A stretch of 64,000 bases of DNA, from positions 1 through 64,000 of IMG/VR virus record IMGVR_UViG_3300037851_000476; one strand, written 5' to 3'. Numbering within the stretch: position 1 is the stretch's first letter; each line of letters starts with the position of its first letter. Shown here piece after piece: positions 15,147-24,288 of this stretch. Below the pieces are notes generated by a model that was not told where the DNA came from, did no database searches, and worked only from the letters and a program-made list of their open reading frames with translations. The translations under genes were made by a program, and so were the position numbers. Source of the stretch: a virus.

Positions 15147-17440
15147 TGGCTACCGATACCGCCGATCAGTACAGCGGCCCCGAGCTGCTGCCGCCCGAGG
15201 GGCATCCCCGCGTTGGCTACACCGTATTCGAGATCCTGGCCGAGGTGCTGCAGCACAAGCAGGACTTGGGGCTGCCGGCCAAGTGGATGCGCCACTACGA
15301 GCTGTCCAAAAACCGGCATTGGCGCTCAACATCGCGCAAAGCGCCGCTTGTTACCGCGAATCTGCTGCATGCCCACCGTGTCAGGACCGTCAACACGCTC
15401 ACCGACAACAACCCCACGTTTAACGTAATGCAGGTGGGCGAGGTGGAGCCCGAAAAAGAGGATGTGTTCGACACCCTGCTCAAGACCTGCGAGTTCTGGT
15501 GGACCGACGCCGAGCAGCAAAACGTATTGGAGCAATCGGTCCTCAACGGAGAGCTTTACGGCTGCACGTTCGAGAAGATGATCTTCAACCCGCGCCTTGA
15601 AGGGGGCCTGGGCGAGGTCGAAACCGTGGTGGTGGATCCGTTTTATATCGGCTGGTATCCGGTCAAGTGCATGGATATCCAGAAAGCGCATGCGGTTTTG
15701 CACTTCTACCCGATGAGTGTGCGCGAGGCCCGCTGGCGCTGGCCCGACAAGGCAAGCGAGATCATGTCCGATGACGAGGCGATCAAGGCGCTGGGCGACA
15801 CGCGCATGGAAATCAAGGCCAACAGCCTGGGCCAGCACGACCAGGGCTATTTCACCTCGATCGGAAACGCGATCAAGCAGGTGTTTTCAGCCTTTGGGGC
15901 CGGCGGCGGCAAGGGGGCGGCCAACATCAGCGACGAGGTGCTGATCGTTGAGTGCTGGATAAAGGACTACAGCCGCGCCAAGGGCAAAAGCGAGATCGAG
16001 GAGGACAAATACCCCGGCAACCTGCGCTGCGTGACGGTTTGCTGCGGGGGCAAGGTGGTCTTGGAAGACAAGCCGAACCCCTCCATCAACCCCGAGCTGC
16101 CGGCCGAGCAGGCGGCGCAAACCTACCTGTGGGACCGCTTTCCCTTCTCCAAGACCCAAAGCCACACCGACACCGGCAACCCATGGGGGATGAGCGACCT
16201 CGAACAGCTCGAAATGCTCAACATCGAGATCAACAAGACCATCAGCCAGCTTACCCTCGTAAAGGACCGTATCGCCCGTATCAAGCTCGTCAACCCGAAG
16301 GATAGCGGGGTCAGCAACGACGAGTTCACCAACGCCCCGGGCATCATCAACCCCTCCAACAGCCTCGCGGCCCAGGCGATCCGCTACCTCGACCCGCCCA
16401 CCATCAACGCCGATATGTTCAAGTTCCTCGATGTCTACCAGAGCCTTTTCTTCCAGGTGGCCGGCTCATTCGAGCTGGAACAGGCCGATGCGACCGGCAA
16501 GAACGTCATCGCCTACAAGGCGATCGCGGCCCTCTTGGAGCGGGCGGCGACCATGCTGCGCGGCAAGATCCGCAACTACTCCAAGATGATCCGCGAGCGC
16601 GGCCGGATGTATCTTTCCCATGCGATGAATTGGTACACCGAGGACCGCTTCATCAGCTACGAGCAGGACGGCGAGAGCATGGCCCAGGCGATCCGCGGCG
16701 ATCAAATGCTGATCCCGGCGAAGCTCAACGTGGTTTCGGGCTCGACCATGCCGGTTTCCAGGGTGCAGGAGCGCGAGGAGGCCCTTGCCCTGTTCGACAA
16801 GGGCGCAATCGACGCCGAGGAGCTGCTGAAAAAGATCGATTGGAAGAACTGGAAGGATGTCATTGCCCGAATCAAGTCCGGCCCGATAGGCGAGTTTTTG
16901 TCCAAGCTCGAAATGATGGGCTTCCCGCCCGCGATGATCCAAGGCCTGCAGGAGATCGGCACTATGGAGATGGATGACTTCGAAAAGGCGCTCGAAGACG
17001 GCGAGATCCCCATGCTGCCGCAACTGCTATCTGCACCCTCGCCGTTTGAAGGCGGCGCAAGCCCGCTTGAGCAGGGGGAAATGGAGCTTTCAGCCGCAAA
17101 GGCCGATGTCGAGCGCGCCAACGCCGAGCTGATCCGCGAAAAGACCAAGACCGAGCAGGTGATCCAGGCGACCAAGTTGGCCGGCATGAAGTTCGACAAG
17201 GAAAAGCTCGCCCAGGATCGGGCGCTTGCGATCGCCAAGATCAGGGCCGACAAGCACACCCAGGCCATGACCGACAAGCAGCTTGGCATCAAGGACCGCG
17301 AGGCCGGCATCAAGGCCAAATCCCTTGGGGTGAAGGAGGATAAGCCCAAGCCCGACAAGGCGGCCCAGGACCGCTACCAGAACCCGCAAGGCCCGTATGT
17401 GGAGAAGGGTATGGAATCAAACAACGAGGCAGGCAGGTAA
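15146..17440 (+). CDS. portal protein (putative)
   Basis: 764 aa. Lies between the terminase and scaffold/capsid genes. Charged coiled C-terminal tail. Assigned by size, position and general resemblance. Confidence 0.65.
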   Translation: MATDTADQYSGPELLPPEGHPRVGYTVFEILAEVLQHKQDLGLPAKWMRHYELSKNRHWRSTSRKAPLVTANLLHAHRVRTVNTLTDNNPTFNVMQVGEVEPEKEDVFDTLLKTCEFWWTDAEQQNVLEQSVLNGELYGCTFEKMIFNPRLEGGLGEVETVVVDPFYIGWYPVKCMDIQKAHAVLHFYPMSVREARWRWPDKASEIMSDDEAIKALGDTRMEIKANSLGQHDQGYFTSIGNAIKQVFSAFGAGGGKGAANISDEVLIVECWIKDYSRAKGKSEIEEDKYPGNLRCVTVCCGGKVVLEDKPNPSINPELPAEQAAQTYLWDRFPFSKTQSHTDTGNPWGMSDLEQLEMLNIEINKTISQLTLVKDRIARIKLVNPKDSGVSNDEFTNAPGIINPSNSLAAQAIRYLDPPTINADMFKFLDVYQSLFFQVAGSFELEQADATGKNVIAYKAIAALLERAATMLRGKIRNYSKMIRERGRMYLSHAMNWYTEDRFISYEQDGESMAQAIRGDQMLIPAKLNVVSGSTMPVSRVQEREEALALFDKGAIDAEELLKKIDWKNWKDVIARIKSGPIGEFLSKLEMMGFPPAMIQGLQEIGTMEMDDFEKALEDGEIPMLPQLLSAPSPFEGGASPLEQGEMELSAAKADVERANAELIREKTKTEQVIQATKLAGMKFDKEKLAQDRALAIAKIRADKHTQAMTDKQLGIKDREAGIKAKSLGVKEDKPKPDKAAQDRYQNPQGPYVEKGMESNNEAGR

Positions 17441-18310
17441 ATGAACACCCTAAAACGATCCCCAAAGTTCCTGCTGGTCGGCGCTGCCGGCTACGTTGCC
17501 CCCCGGCACATGGAGGCGATCAAGGCCGTGGGCGGCGAGCTGGTCGCAGCCGTTGACCCCTGCGATCAGGTGGGCATCCTCGACCGGTACTTTCCCAGGT
17601 GCGATTTTTACCGTACCGAGCTGCCCGGGGTGATCCCGCTCACCAATATCGACTATTGCGTGATCTGCACCCCGAACGACACCCATGCCCATATCGCCTG
17701 CTGGGCGCTCGAAAACGGGATGAACGTGATCCTTGAGAAGCCGGCCGCGCTGCGGGTCGAGGATCTTGACCGGATCAGGGCCTATGCCCAATCGAGATTC
17801 AAGACGGTCAACTGCATCCTGAACCTGCGCCTGCACCATGACGCAATCCTGCTGCGGGCCGTGTCCAGGCTCCTCAAGGACCGCGCCGTGGTCGATATCG
17901 AGTACTGCACTCCGCGGGGGCCATGGTACGCAAGAAGCTGGAAATCTCAATTTTACAGGTCCGGAGGGCTGCTGTTCAACATCGGGGTGCATCTGATCGA
18001 CTTGGCGCTTCTGGCGTTTGGGCCGCTTGACCCGTTCATGGCGCCCAAGATGTGCGCCCGCGCCGATCAGTCCTGGGCGGTCGGCGCGCTGCACCTCGAA
18101 AAGGCCGACGTATTCATCAAGCTCTCGATCGACCGCCGCCCGAAACGGCGCACGTTCACCGTCGGGGGCGCCGAGTTCGACTTCACCAACGGGTTCGAGG
18201 ATCTGCACATCGAGAGCTACCGGCGCATAATCCGCGGCCAAGGGTTTTCCCTCGAAGACGCCAAGCCCGCAATCGAGCTTTGCGAAAGGATCGGCGGTCA
18301 TGCCAGTTGA
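17441..18310 (+). CDS. wbpB: Gfo/Idh/MocA oxidoreductase, WbpB-like (UDP-GlcNAcA 3-oxidase type)
   Basis: VGAAGYVAPRHMEAIKAVG, PRGPWYARSWKS, NIGVHLIDLA and FTNGFEDLHIESYRRIIRGQGF align with my recollection of P. aeruginosa WbpB. The ATG directly follows the portal TAA. Confidence 0.75.
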   Translation: MNTLKRSPKFLLVGAAGYVAPRHMEAIKAVGGELVAAVDPCDQVGILDRYFPRCDFYRTELPGVIPLTNIDYCVICTPNDTHAHIACWALENGMNVILEKPAALRVEDLDRIRAYAQSRFKTVNCILNLRLHHDAILLRAVSRLLKDRAVVDIEYCTPRGPWYARSWKSQFYRSGGLLFNIGVHLIDLALLAFGPLDPFMAPKMCARADQSWAVGALHLEKADVFIKLSIDRRPKRRTFTVGGAEFDFTNGFEDLHIESYRRIIRGQGFSLEDAKPAIELCERIGGHAS

Positions 18311-18755
18311 GCAGTCCAAGATCGGCGAGGGAACGATCATCCACCAGCCCGAGCTTTGCAACATTTACTATTCCTCCATCGGCCGCGACTGCCGCATAGC
18401 GGCTTTCTGCGAGATAGGCTTCTGCCTGATCGGCGATCGGGTTTTTATCCAGAGCTTTGCCTTCATTCCCCCGAAAGTGGTCATCGACAATGATGTTTTC
18501 ATCGGCCCGCGAGTCACCTTCTGCAACGACAAGTACCCGCCGAGCAAAGGCTACTGGCAAGAGAACAAAGTAACTCATGTGCGTAGTAGGGCCTCGATCG
18601 GGGCAGGGGCCATCATACTGCCGGAGGTCACGATCGGAGAAGGCGCCAGGATCGCGGCCGGCGCGGTCATAACCAAGGACGTTCCCCCAGGAGTGCTTTC
18701 TTATGGAGCTTACGGCAAGGGTTCAAGCGGTTCTGAGACATGGCCAGTTCGTTAA
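18300..18755 (+). CDS. wbpD: left-handed beta-helix (hexapeptide) N-acetyltransferase, WbpD-like
   Basis: Hexapeptide repeats. VFIGPRVTFCNDKYPPS and ASIGAGAIILPEVTIGEGARIAAGAVITKDVPP are present. Confidence 0.7.
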   Translation: MPVEQSKIGEGTIIHQPELCNIYYSSIGRDCRIAAFCEIGFCLIGDRVFIQSFAFIPPKVVIDNDVFIGPRVTFCNDKYPPSKGYWQENKVTHVRSRASIGAGAIILPEVTIGEGARIAAGAVITKDVPPGVLSYGAYGKGSSGSETWPVR

Positions 18756-19767
18756 CGGCCCCGAGGTCGGCGAGTTCGAGCGGGCCATGGCCCGCTACAT
18801 CGGCGTTGGAAATGCGGTTGCGCTCAACTCCGGAACCGATGCGCTCATATTGGCGCTGCGTGTTTTGGGGGTGGGCGAGGGGGATGTCGTTGCGCTTCCG
18901 GCCTTCACCTTTTCGGCGACCGCCTCCGCGGCGGCCATGTGCGGGGCGATTATCCACCTTGCCGATATCCGCGAGTCCGACTTCGGGATCGACGTAAACA
19001 CGCTATCCGATCCGGACGTTTTGAAAGCCATGATTGCAGTCGATATGTTCGGGATCCCCTGCGATTGGCCGTCGGTCATCGATATTTGCGCAACGCACAG
19101 GATCCATCTGGTCGAGGACGCCGCCCAGGCGATCGGCGCCCGATTCGCGGGGGCGAAGTGCGGCAGCATCGGGATGATCGGCTGCGCCTCGTTTTACCCC
19201 AGCAAGCCGCTGCCTTGCGCGGGCGATGGCGGCATGCTGTTCACCAACTACGACAGCATCGCCCAGCGGGCGCGCATGCTCGCAAACCACGGCCGCGTGT
19301 CCGAGCGCCGGTACGAGGCCGAGCGCGTCGGCACAAACAGCCGGCTCGACACCATCCAGGCCGCCGTCCTGCTCGACCGGCTAAAGGTCTTTGAAAGCCG
19401 CGAGATCCCCTGGCGCATTGCCCAGGCCCAGGAATACGGCAACCGGCTGCCCGCCTGCAGGCACCACGAGCCCAGGCCCGGGCGCGAGCCGGTCTGGTCG
19501 TGGTATCCGGTGCTGTACGAATCAAGGAAAGAGCGCGACGATGTTTTGCAGAACTACGGCGGCTACGTCGGGGCGCGGGTGATCTACCCGACCCCGATCC
19601 ATCTGATGCCGGCCTTTGAATACCTCGGCTACCGACGGGGGGATTTTCCGGTCGCCGAGTCGGTCTGCGAGCGGATCTTAGCCTTTCCGATTGTCCACCA
19701 TTGGGAGGTCAACCGATGCCTGTCTACGATCGGCAATGCCGAGAGTGCGGCCGTGTGTTTGAGGTGA
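18703..19767 (+). CDS. wbpE: DegT/DnrJ/EryC1-type PLP aminotransferase, WbpE-like
   Basis: VLRHGQFVNGPEV, NSGTDALILAL, VEDAAQA and SFYPSKPLPCAGDGGMLF (PLP-Lys region) are present. An in-frame stop at 18670-18672 limits the N-terminus. Confidence 0.8.
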   Translation: MELTARVQAVLRHGQFVNGPEVGEFERAMARYIGVGNAVALNSGTDALILALRVLGVGEGDVVALPAFTFSATASAAAMCGAIIHLADIRESDFGIDVNTLSDPDVLKAMIAVDMFGIPCDWPSVIDICATHRIHLVEDAAQAIGARFAGAKCGSIGMIGCASFYPSKPLPCAGDGGMLFTNYDSIAQRARMLANHGRVSERRYEAERVGTNSRLDTIQAAVLLDRLKVFESREIPWRIAQAQEYGNRLPACRHHEPRPGREPVWSWYPVLYESRKERDDVLQNYGGYVGARVIYPTPIHLMPAFEYLGYRRGDFPVAESVCERILAFPIVHHWEVNRCLSTIGNAESAAVCLR

Positions 19768-20111
19768 TCGAGCGCATTGCCGATGAAAAACGTCCATGCC
19801 CGAGCTGCGGCGGCAGAGCGCCAAGGATCATCAGCGCCGGCAAGTGTTTCACGGGAAACAATGACGCCGCCTGGGTCAGGACCGTGCGCGATGTGGTCGC
19901 CAAGGGCGGCGATGCCGACATCAACGACCGCAAGTTTCTCTCGTCGGGCATGACCAAGCAGGATTTAAGGGCTTGGATGAAGGCCAAGGGGATCCGGCAC
20001 CTCGAAAGAGGCGAGCCGCTTAAACCGAAACCCCCCGATATGTCCAATGCGGCCGACGGCATTATGAAAATGCGCCAGCAGCGCAGGCGTATCGACATCA
20101 GAACGAGATAG
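19716..20111 (+). CDS. FmdB-type zinc-ribbon protein
   Basis: MPVYDRQCRECGRVFEV...CPSCGG. GGGAGG lies 7 nt upstream of the ATG at 19716. Confidence 0.65.
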   Translation: MPVYDRQCRECGRVFEVIERIADEKRPCPSCGGRAPRIISAGKCFTGNNDAAWVRTVRDVVAKGGDADINDRKFLSSGMTKQDLRAWMKAKGIRHLERGEPLKPKPPDMSNAADGIMKMRQQRRRIDIRTR

Positions 20112-20124
20112 GAGGGCTTGTACC

Positions 20125-20322
20125 ATGCCAGAACCAGGGCTTGCAGAACAACTCACCGGATGGTCGAAGAAAGTACAGCGTTTCAGCGATGCCTTGCCCA
20201 GCCTCGGAATGCGCACCCCCGAGGAGGAAGCGGCGCGAAAGCGGCGCCTTGAGCAGTACAAGGCCGAGGACGCTGCCGCCGCCAACCCGAAGCCGGCCCC
20301 GAAAGGTAAAAACAAACCATGA
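20125..20322 (+). CDS. hypothetical protein (65 aa)
   Basis: ORF track. ATGA overlap with the amidase gene. Confidence 0.5.
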   Translation: MPEPGLAEQLTGWSKKVQRFSDALPSLGMRTPEEEAARKRRLEQYKAEDAAAANPKPAPKGKNKP

Positions 20323-20756
20323 CGCCGACAGAGATCATCTTGCACCATTCGGCTACCAAAGACAGCGGGACCGTTAGCTGGAACGCCATTCGCAGGTATC
20401 ATGTCAACGAGTGCGTGTGGGGTGATATCGGCTATCACTTCGGCATCGAGCTTACGCCCGACAAGGGCTATGCCCCGGGCAGCTACGAGATACTGATGGG
20501 CCGCATGCCGGATGTCCCGGGCGCCCATACCAAGGACCACAACCAGACAAGCCTCGGCGTGTGCTTTGTCGGCGCCTTTGACTCCGAGCCGGTGCCGGCG
20601 ATGCAATGGGAAAAGGGCCTCGCCCTGGTCCGGTGGCTCTGCCGGAATTGGGGCATACCGGTCGCAAGGGTGTTCGGACACCGGGAGTTTGCAAACAAGA
20701 CATGCCCCGGGCTCTTATTTGATTTGGATAGGTTCAGATGCGAGCTGAAACTCTAA
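20319..20756 (+). CDS. N-acetylmuramoyl-L-alanine amidase (Amidase_2/PGRP, T7-lysozyme-like)
   Basis: ILHHSAT, GYHFGI and FGHREF..KTCPG are the zinc-ligand pattern. Confidence 0.85.
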   Translation: MTPTEIILHHSATKDSGTVSWNAIRRYHVNECVWGDIGYHFGIELTPDKGYAPGSYEILMGRMPDVPGAHTKDHNQTSLGVCFVGAFDSEPVPAMQWEKGLALVRWLCRNWGIPVARVFGHREFANKTCPGLLFDLDRFRCELKL

Positions 20757-20769
20757 AAGGAGAGGATCA

Positions 20770-20943
20770 ATGGCAAATTACGCGATCACCGACTACACCA
20801 CCAGCCGGCAGAACTCGGTTGCAGCCTGCACGGCTCTGATCGAGGCCTACCTCGAAACCGTTGACGATACCAAGACGGTCATCGCCTGCGGGGTCATCGC
20901 CATCGGCGGGGAATACGAGGGATACGTCATCCACAAAGCCTAA
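20770..20943 (+). CDS. 57-aa hypothetical protein (below ORF-track cutoff)
   Basis: Hand translation: MANYAITDYTTSRQNSVAACTALIEAYLETVDDTKTVIACGVIAIGGEYEGYVIHKA. AAGGAGAGG lies upstream. It replaces the spurious minus-strand ORF 20767..21003. Confidence 0.5.
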   Translation: MANYAITDYTTSRQNSVAACTALIEAYLETVDDTKTVIACGVIAIGGEYEGYVIHKA

Positions 20944-20963
20944 GAAAGGAGAGCAAGCCCCCA

Positions 20964-21191
20964 ATGGAACCAAACGAAAAAGAGCTGATCGAGGAGATGT
21001 CAACGAGGTTCACCTACCACCCCCCGAAGCAAGGGCAGCCGATAAAGTACGAGGATCTGCGCGAAGCCGGGAGGATGCTGGCATTAAAAATCTGCAACCT
21101 TTGTCCTGAAAGCAGGGAGCGTTCCGTTGCGCTTACCAAGCTGGATGAGGTTGTAATGTGGGCGAACGCCGCGATTGCCAGGAGGGAGTGA
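20964..21191 (+). CDS. small phage protein resembling the Acb2/Tad1-hairpin family (possible cyclic-nucleotide sponge)
   Basis: FTYHPP...YEDLREAGRMLALKICNLCPESRERSVALTKLDEVVMWANAAIARRE matches a very common phage small-protein motif. I recall that motif being annotated as Acb2/Tad1. Not verified. Confidence 0.5.
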   Translation: MEPNEKELIEEMSTRFTYHPPKQGQPIKYEDLREAGRMLALKICNLCPESRERSVALTKLDEVVMWANAAIARRE

Positions 21192-21418
21192 TGGACAAAT
21201 ACCGAAAGGCGGTTGTCGAGCTGTGCGCGGCGATCGAGCTTGCCAACGCCCGCGCAAATACCGGCCAGAAGGTGATGATCGACCTAAACGATTGGAGAGC
21301 GGCCTTGAAGCTGGTCGGGGAGATCAAGGCCAGCATGAACCACGGCGAGCAGTACCGCTACGAGCAGCACCTCGAACGCGAGCGCGGGTTCAGACAGGCA
21401 AAGGAGGCCCCCGCATGA
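21191..21418 (+). CDS. hypothetical protein (75 aa)
   Basis: TGATG junction with the previous ORF and an ATGA junction with the next. Confidence 0.5.
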   Translation: MDKYRKAVVELCAAIELANARANTGQKVMIDLNDWRAALKLVGEIKASMNHGEQYRYEQHLERERGFRQAKEAPA

Positions 21419-22599
21419 ACATCCTTTTCGTGGCCTATCACACCTGCGCCCGCGCCGCCAAGGAGGCCCGGGCGCTTGGAAAGGCGGGCCATCAGGTCAT
21501 CATCCTGCAGCATGTGGCCGCCAGCGAGGAGATCCTGTATTCAACCGAGCTTTCATCTTTCTACCACGGTGAGCAGGCCCTCCGCGAACGGATCGCCTAT
21601 TTTTCCGATTGGGCCGAGGTGATCCATGTCCACAACGAGCCCAACTGGATCGTCATCGCCGCCGCCGCCGAGCGCGACCGCTCATGCCCCGGCGTTCCGG
21701 TTGTCTTCGACGTTCACGACCTCGAATCCATGCGCGAATCGGGGGATACCGACAAGGACGAAACCGCGGCGATCCATGCGGCCGATGCCTTCATCTTCCC
21801 CAGCAGGGCCTATATGCACGGTGTCCGCACAAGCCGCAACGTAGATTCCGTGCCGTGCAGGGTCATCTATTCCATGTGTGGGCGAGATGAGATCGTTGAC
21901 CAGCCGCTTCCGAGGGTAAACGGCATCGTCTACGAGGGCGCGGCGGTCGCGCCGCTTCTGAACTTCAACAACAAGTCTCCCGGGTGGAAGGGCTATCGTG
22001 ACTACTCAAGCATGACGCGCGCCTTGACCGGCGCGTTCGTGCCGTTTCATCTGTACGGGATCCGCAAGGAGTTCCAGCAGCCCTACATCAACGCCGGGGC
22101 GATCGTCCACGACATGATCCGCTACCCCGACCTCTTGAAGCAGCTATCGCGCTACGATTGGGGGCTTTGCGGACACCTCGAAAGCCACCCCCAATGGAAC
22201 AAGGCCATGCCGAACAAGCTGTTCGAGTATCTGGCGGCCGGGATCCCGGTCATTTCGATCAACGCCGACGAGGTTTCCGATTTTGTTTCAAAGCACGGCC
22301 TGGGAGTGGTCGCCAAGGACTTGAACGAGCTGAACAAGATCGCCCGGGACCGTAAGATGCGCTCCTCCCTGGCCGAAAAGGTCGAGGACGAGCGCGAGCG
22401 GTTCACGATGGGGGGCCAAGTGAATGAGATCGAGGCGCTTTATGCACAAGCCTCCGCTTATCGCAAAATCCGACTTGATGCTGGGATGTGGATGCACGAC
22501 GGCGAGCAAAGGCCGGGAGCTGATCGAGCGTGGGTATGTAGCGCAAGGCCCGAAGACTTTGCCAAGGATAACGGCGGCGGCGATCAACTGCTCTCATAG
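21415..22599 (+). CDS. GT-B fold glycosyltransferase (GT4-like)
   Basis: AAGGAGG precedes the ATG at 21415. N-terminal MNILFVAYH. C-terminal NKLFEYLAAGIPVISINADEVSDFV is an E-x7-E type motif. Confidence 0.75.
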   Translation: MNILFVAYHTCARAAKEARALGKAGHQVIILQHVAASEEILYSTELSSFYHGEQALRERIAYFSDWAEVIHVHNEPNWIVIAAAAERDRSCPGVPVVFDVHDLESMRESGDTDKDETAAIHAADAFIFPSRAYMHGVRTSRNVDSVPCRVIYSMCGRDEIVDQPLPRVNGIVYEGAAVAPLLNFNNKSPGWKGYRDYSSMTRALTGAFVPFHLYGIRKEFQQPYINAGAIVHDMIRYPDLLKQLSRYDWGLCGHLESHPQWNKAMPNKLFEYLAAGIPVISINADEVSDFVSKHGLGVVAKDLNELNKIARDRKMRSSLAEKVEDERERFTMGGQVNEIEALYAQASAYRKIRLDAGMWMHDGEQRPGADRAWVCSARPEDFAKDNGGGDQLLS

Positions 22600-23161
22600 C
22601 TTCGAGCGGATACTTGCGACCATTAAAGGCAGGTACAAGGCAAACTTCATCCGTGAGGCCCAAAAAGCGAAAAAGGCCACGGTCTGCAGCATGTTTTCGC
22701 CGGCAGCCCTGGCAGATGAGATCGAAACCATTAACAAAAGCATGGCCGTTAGAAGCGGCGGCCCGATGCGCCCTGGCTATCACCGATCGGCCGATGAACT
22801 CAGGCAGGCCTACCGAGCAGAGCCCGATACCAGATGCCGATACCATTGCTCGCTGTGGTGGGGATGCTTCGAGATCGACCATGACGCGGACAGGCATAGA
22901 GCAAGCGGACTCCTCGCCTACCTGCAGCTCCGACGATACGGAAATCTTTGTTGTTATTCGACGCTGCTCGGTCACGGCCGCCACCTCGCCCTCGGGGTCA
23001 TGCCGTTCTTACACCTGCAGGTGATGGAGGCGGTCTGCTCGTGGCTGTGGCCGGATGAGATCGATTGGCTCATGTACGCCGGCTGGCATGACGGCGGCCG
23101 AGGGTTGCAGCTTTGGAAGAAAAAGGCCGGCTTTGAGCCGGTGATGTTCGTCCTTCCGTGA
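22424..23161 (+). CDS. hypothetical protein, possibly an acyltransferase-like fold
   Basis: ORF track. C-terminal GLQLWKKKAGFEP is reminiscent of GNAT/FemAB-type ends. The start is uncertain (22424, 22442, 22478 or 22691). Confidence 0.45.
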   Translation: MRSRRFMHKPPLIAKSDLMLGCGCTTASKGRELIERGYVAQGPKTLPRITAAAINCSHSFERILATIKGRYKANFIREAQKAKKATVCSMFSPAALADEIETINKSMAVRSGGPMRPGYHRSADELRQAYRAEPDTRCRYHCSLWWGCFEIDHDADRHRASGLLAYLQLRRYGNLCCYSTLLGHGRHLALGVMPFLHLQVMEAVCSWLWPDEIDWLMYAGWHDGGRGLQLWKKKAGFEPVMFVLP

Positions 23162-23279
23162 AAATTCACCGGGATCTGACACCTGATTTTTTGAATAAAT
23201 TAAGGGGTCAGATCGGTTGAGCGTGAATTTTCACCGAAGCAAACAATAACCTCCCCCAAAAAAGGCCAAAAAGGGGAGG
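23158..23279 (+). promoter_or_regulatory. compound inverted repeats in the only sizeable gap of the accessory cassette
   Basis: GTGAAAATTCAC (23158-23169) pairs with GTGAATTTTCAC (23223-23234). GATCTGAC (23173-23180) pairs with GTCAGATC (23207-23214). CCTCCCC (23250-23256) pairs with GGGGAGG (23273-23279). Confidence 0.4.
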
Positions 23280-23307
23280 GTTAATCCGTATTGACAGGAG
23301 AAACGCT

Positions 23308-24024
23308 ATGGCACGGCATCCAATTTTGGACATTTTCGACCGGATCACGACCCGCGCCCCCTTCATCCGGCCGATTGCGTTAGAGCTTTTCTGCGGCGCC
23401 GGCAAGGGGCAGGCAATAGAATACGCCTCGATGTGCGAATACTTCGAGGGCTGGGACATGCGCGAGGAAAAGATCGCCGAGCTGCGGCGCAACATCCCCG
23501 GCGCCAGGGGCAAGGTGTGCGATGTCTACACGGCGCTTTTGCAGCCGCGGGAGATCACCGAGACAGACAAGTTCAACGTGATCCTGGTCGATAACTCGGC
23601 CCTGATCGCACAGAACGGGCATTTCGAGCATTTCGACGTATTCCCCGGGATTTACAACCTGATGAGCCCGGCATGCTGTTTCGTGGTCTTCTCTGTTATT
23701 CCGGACCCCTACGGCTACGCCGAGCCGAGGAAAGATGCGATCCGCAAGGCGTTCGCCCGCCCCGAGGAGTTCATGGCCGATTGGGACGCCGCCCGGGATA
23801 AGTTTTACCATCTGCCGCCGCTTGACCCGGACAACATGCCAAAGCCGAGGCCGGTGTCATCCATACGCTTGAGAGACATGGAAGACCTCTACCGCGACCG
23901 GTTCGAATCCGACCGGTGGAGCGTACCCTATACCTTTTCCTGCATGCGCAGCAGGGCGGCCGGCTATGTGCTGGTCGAGGCCAAGCAAGCGCCCGCCGAC
24001 TTGAAAGGAGCCACTTCACGATGA
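23308..24024 (+). CDS. class I SAM-dependent methyltransferase (substrate unknown)
   Basis: Motif I-like LELFCGAGKG and a later acidic strand VILVDN. No DPPY or PCQ motif seen. Confidence 0.5.
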   Translation: MARHPILDIFDRITTRAPFIRPIALELFCGAGKGQAIEYASMCEYFEGWDMREEKIAELRRNIPGARGKVCDVYTALLQPREITETDKFNVILVDNSALIAQNGHFEHFDVFPGIYNLMSPACCFVVFSVIPDPYGYAEPRKDAIRKAFARPEEFMADWDAARDKFYHLPPLDPDNMPKPRPVSSIRLRDMEDLYRDRFESDRWSVPYTFSCMRSRAAGYVLVEAKQAPADLKGATSR

Positions 24025-24281
24025 GCCAGCAGCAGCCCCCAGCCATTCCGATAAACGCAATCGACAAGCCCGTTTTCGTCATCAGGATCAACGTGATGGC
24101 GAGCGGAAAGCTCGAAGTCAACGGCTTCCCGGCCGAGTACAATCAGGCGATGAACGCTATGGGGCTCGCCCAGCGCGTAGTCATGGACTTCTTTATGTCC
24201 AAAGCCGTCAAGGGGGAGTTCAGAGAGCAGAAGCTATTTATGCCTAATCAGGAACAAATCTCCAAAATTACAAGGAATTGA
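24021..24281 (+). CDS. hypothetical protein (86 aa)
   Basis: AAAGGAG RBS. ATGA overlap with the methyltransferase stop. Confidence 0.5.
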   Translation: MSQQQPPAIPINAIDKPVFVIRINVMASGKLEVNGFPAEYNQAMNAMGLAQRVVMDFFMSKAVKGEFREQKLFMPNQEQISKITRN

Positions 24282-24288
24282 GGCCGCG

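Noticed and set aside
23290-23295. TTGACA as a promoter -35 element for the methyltransferase gene.
   Set aside because: It lies only 12 nt before the ATG at 23308, leaving no room for a -10 element and a transcription start. The adjacent AGGAG is more simply the RBS.
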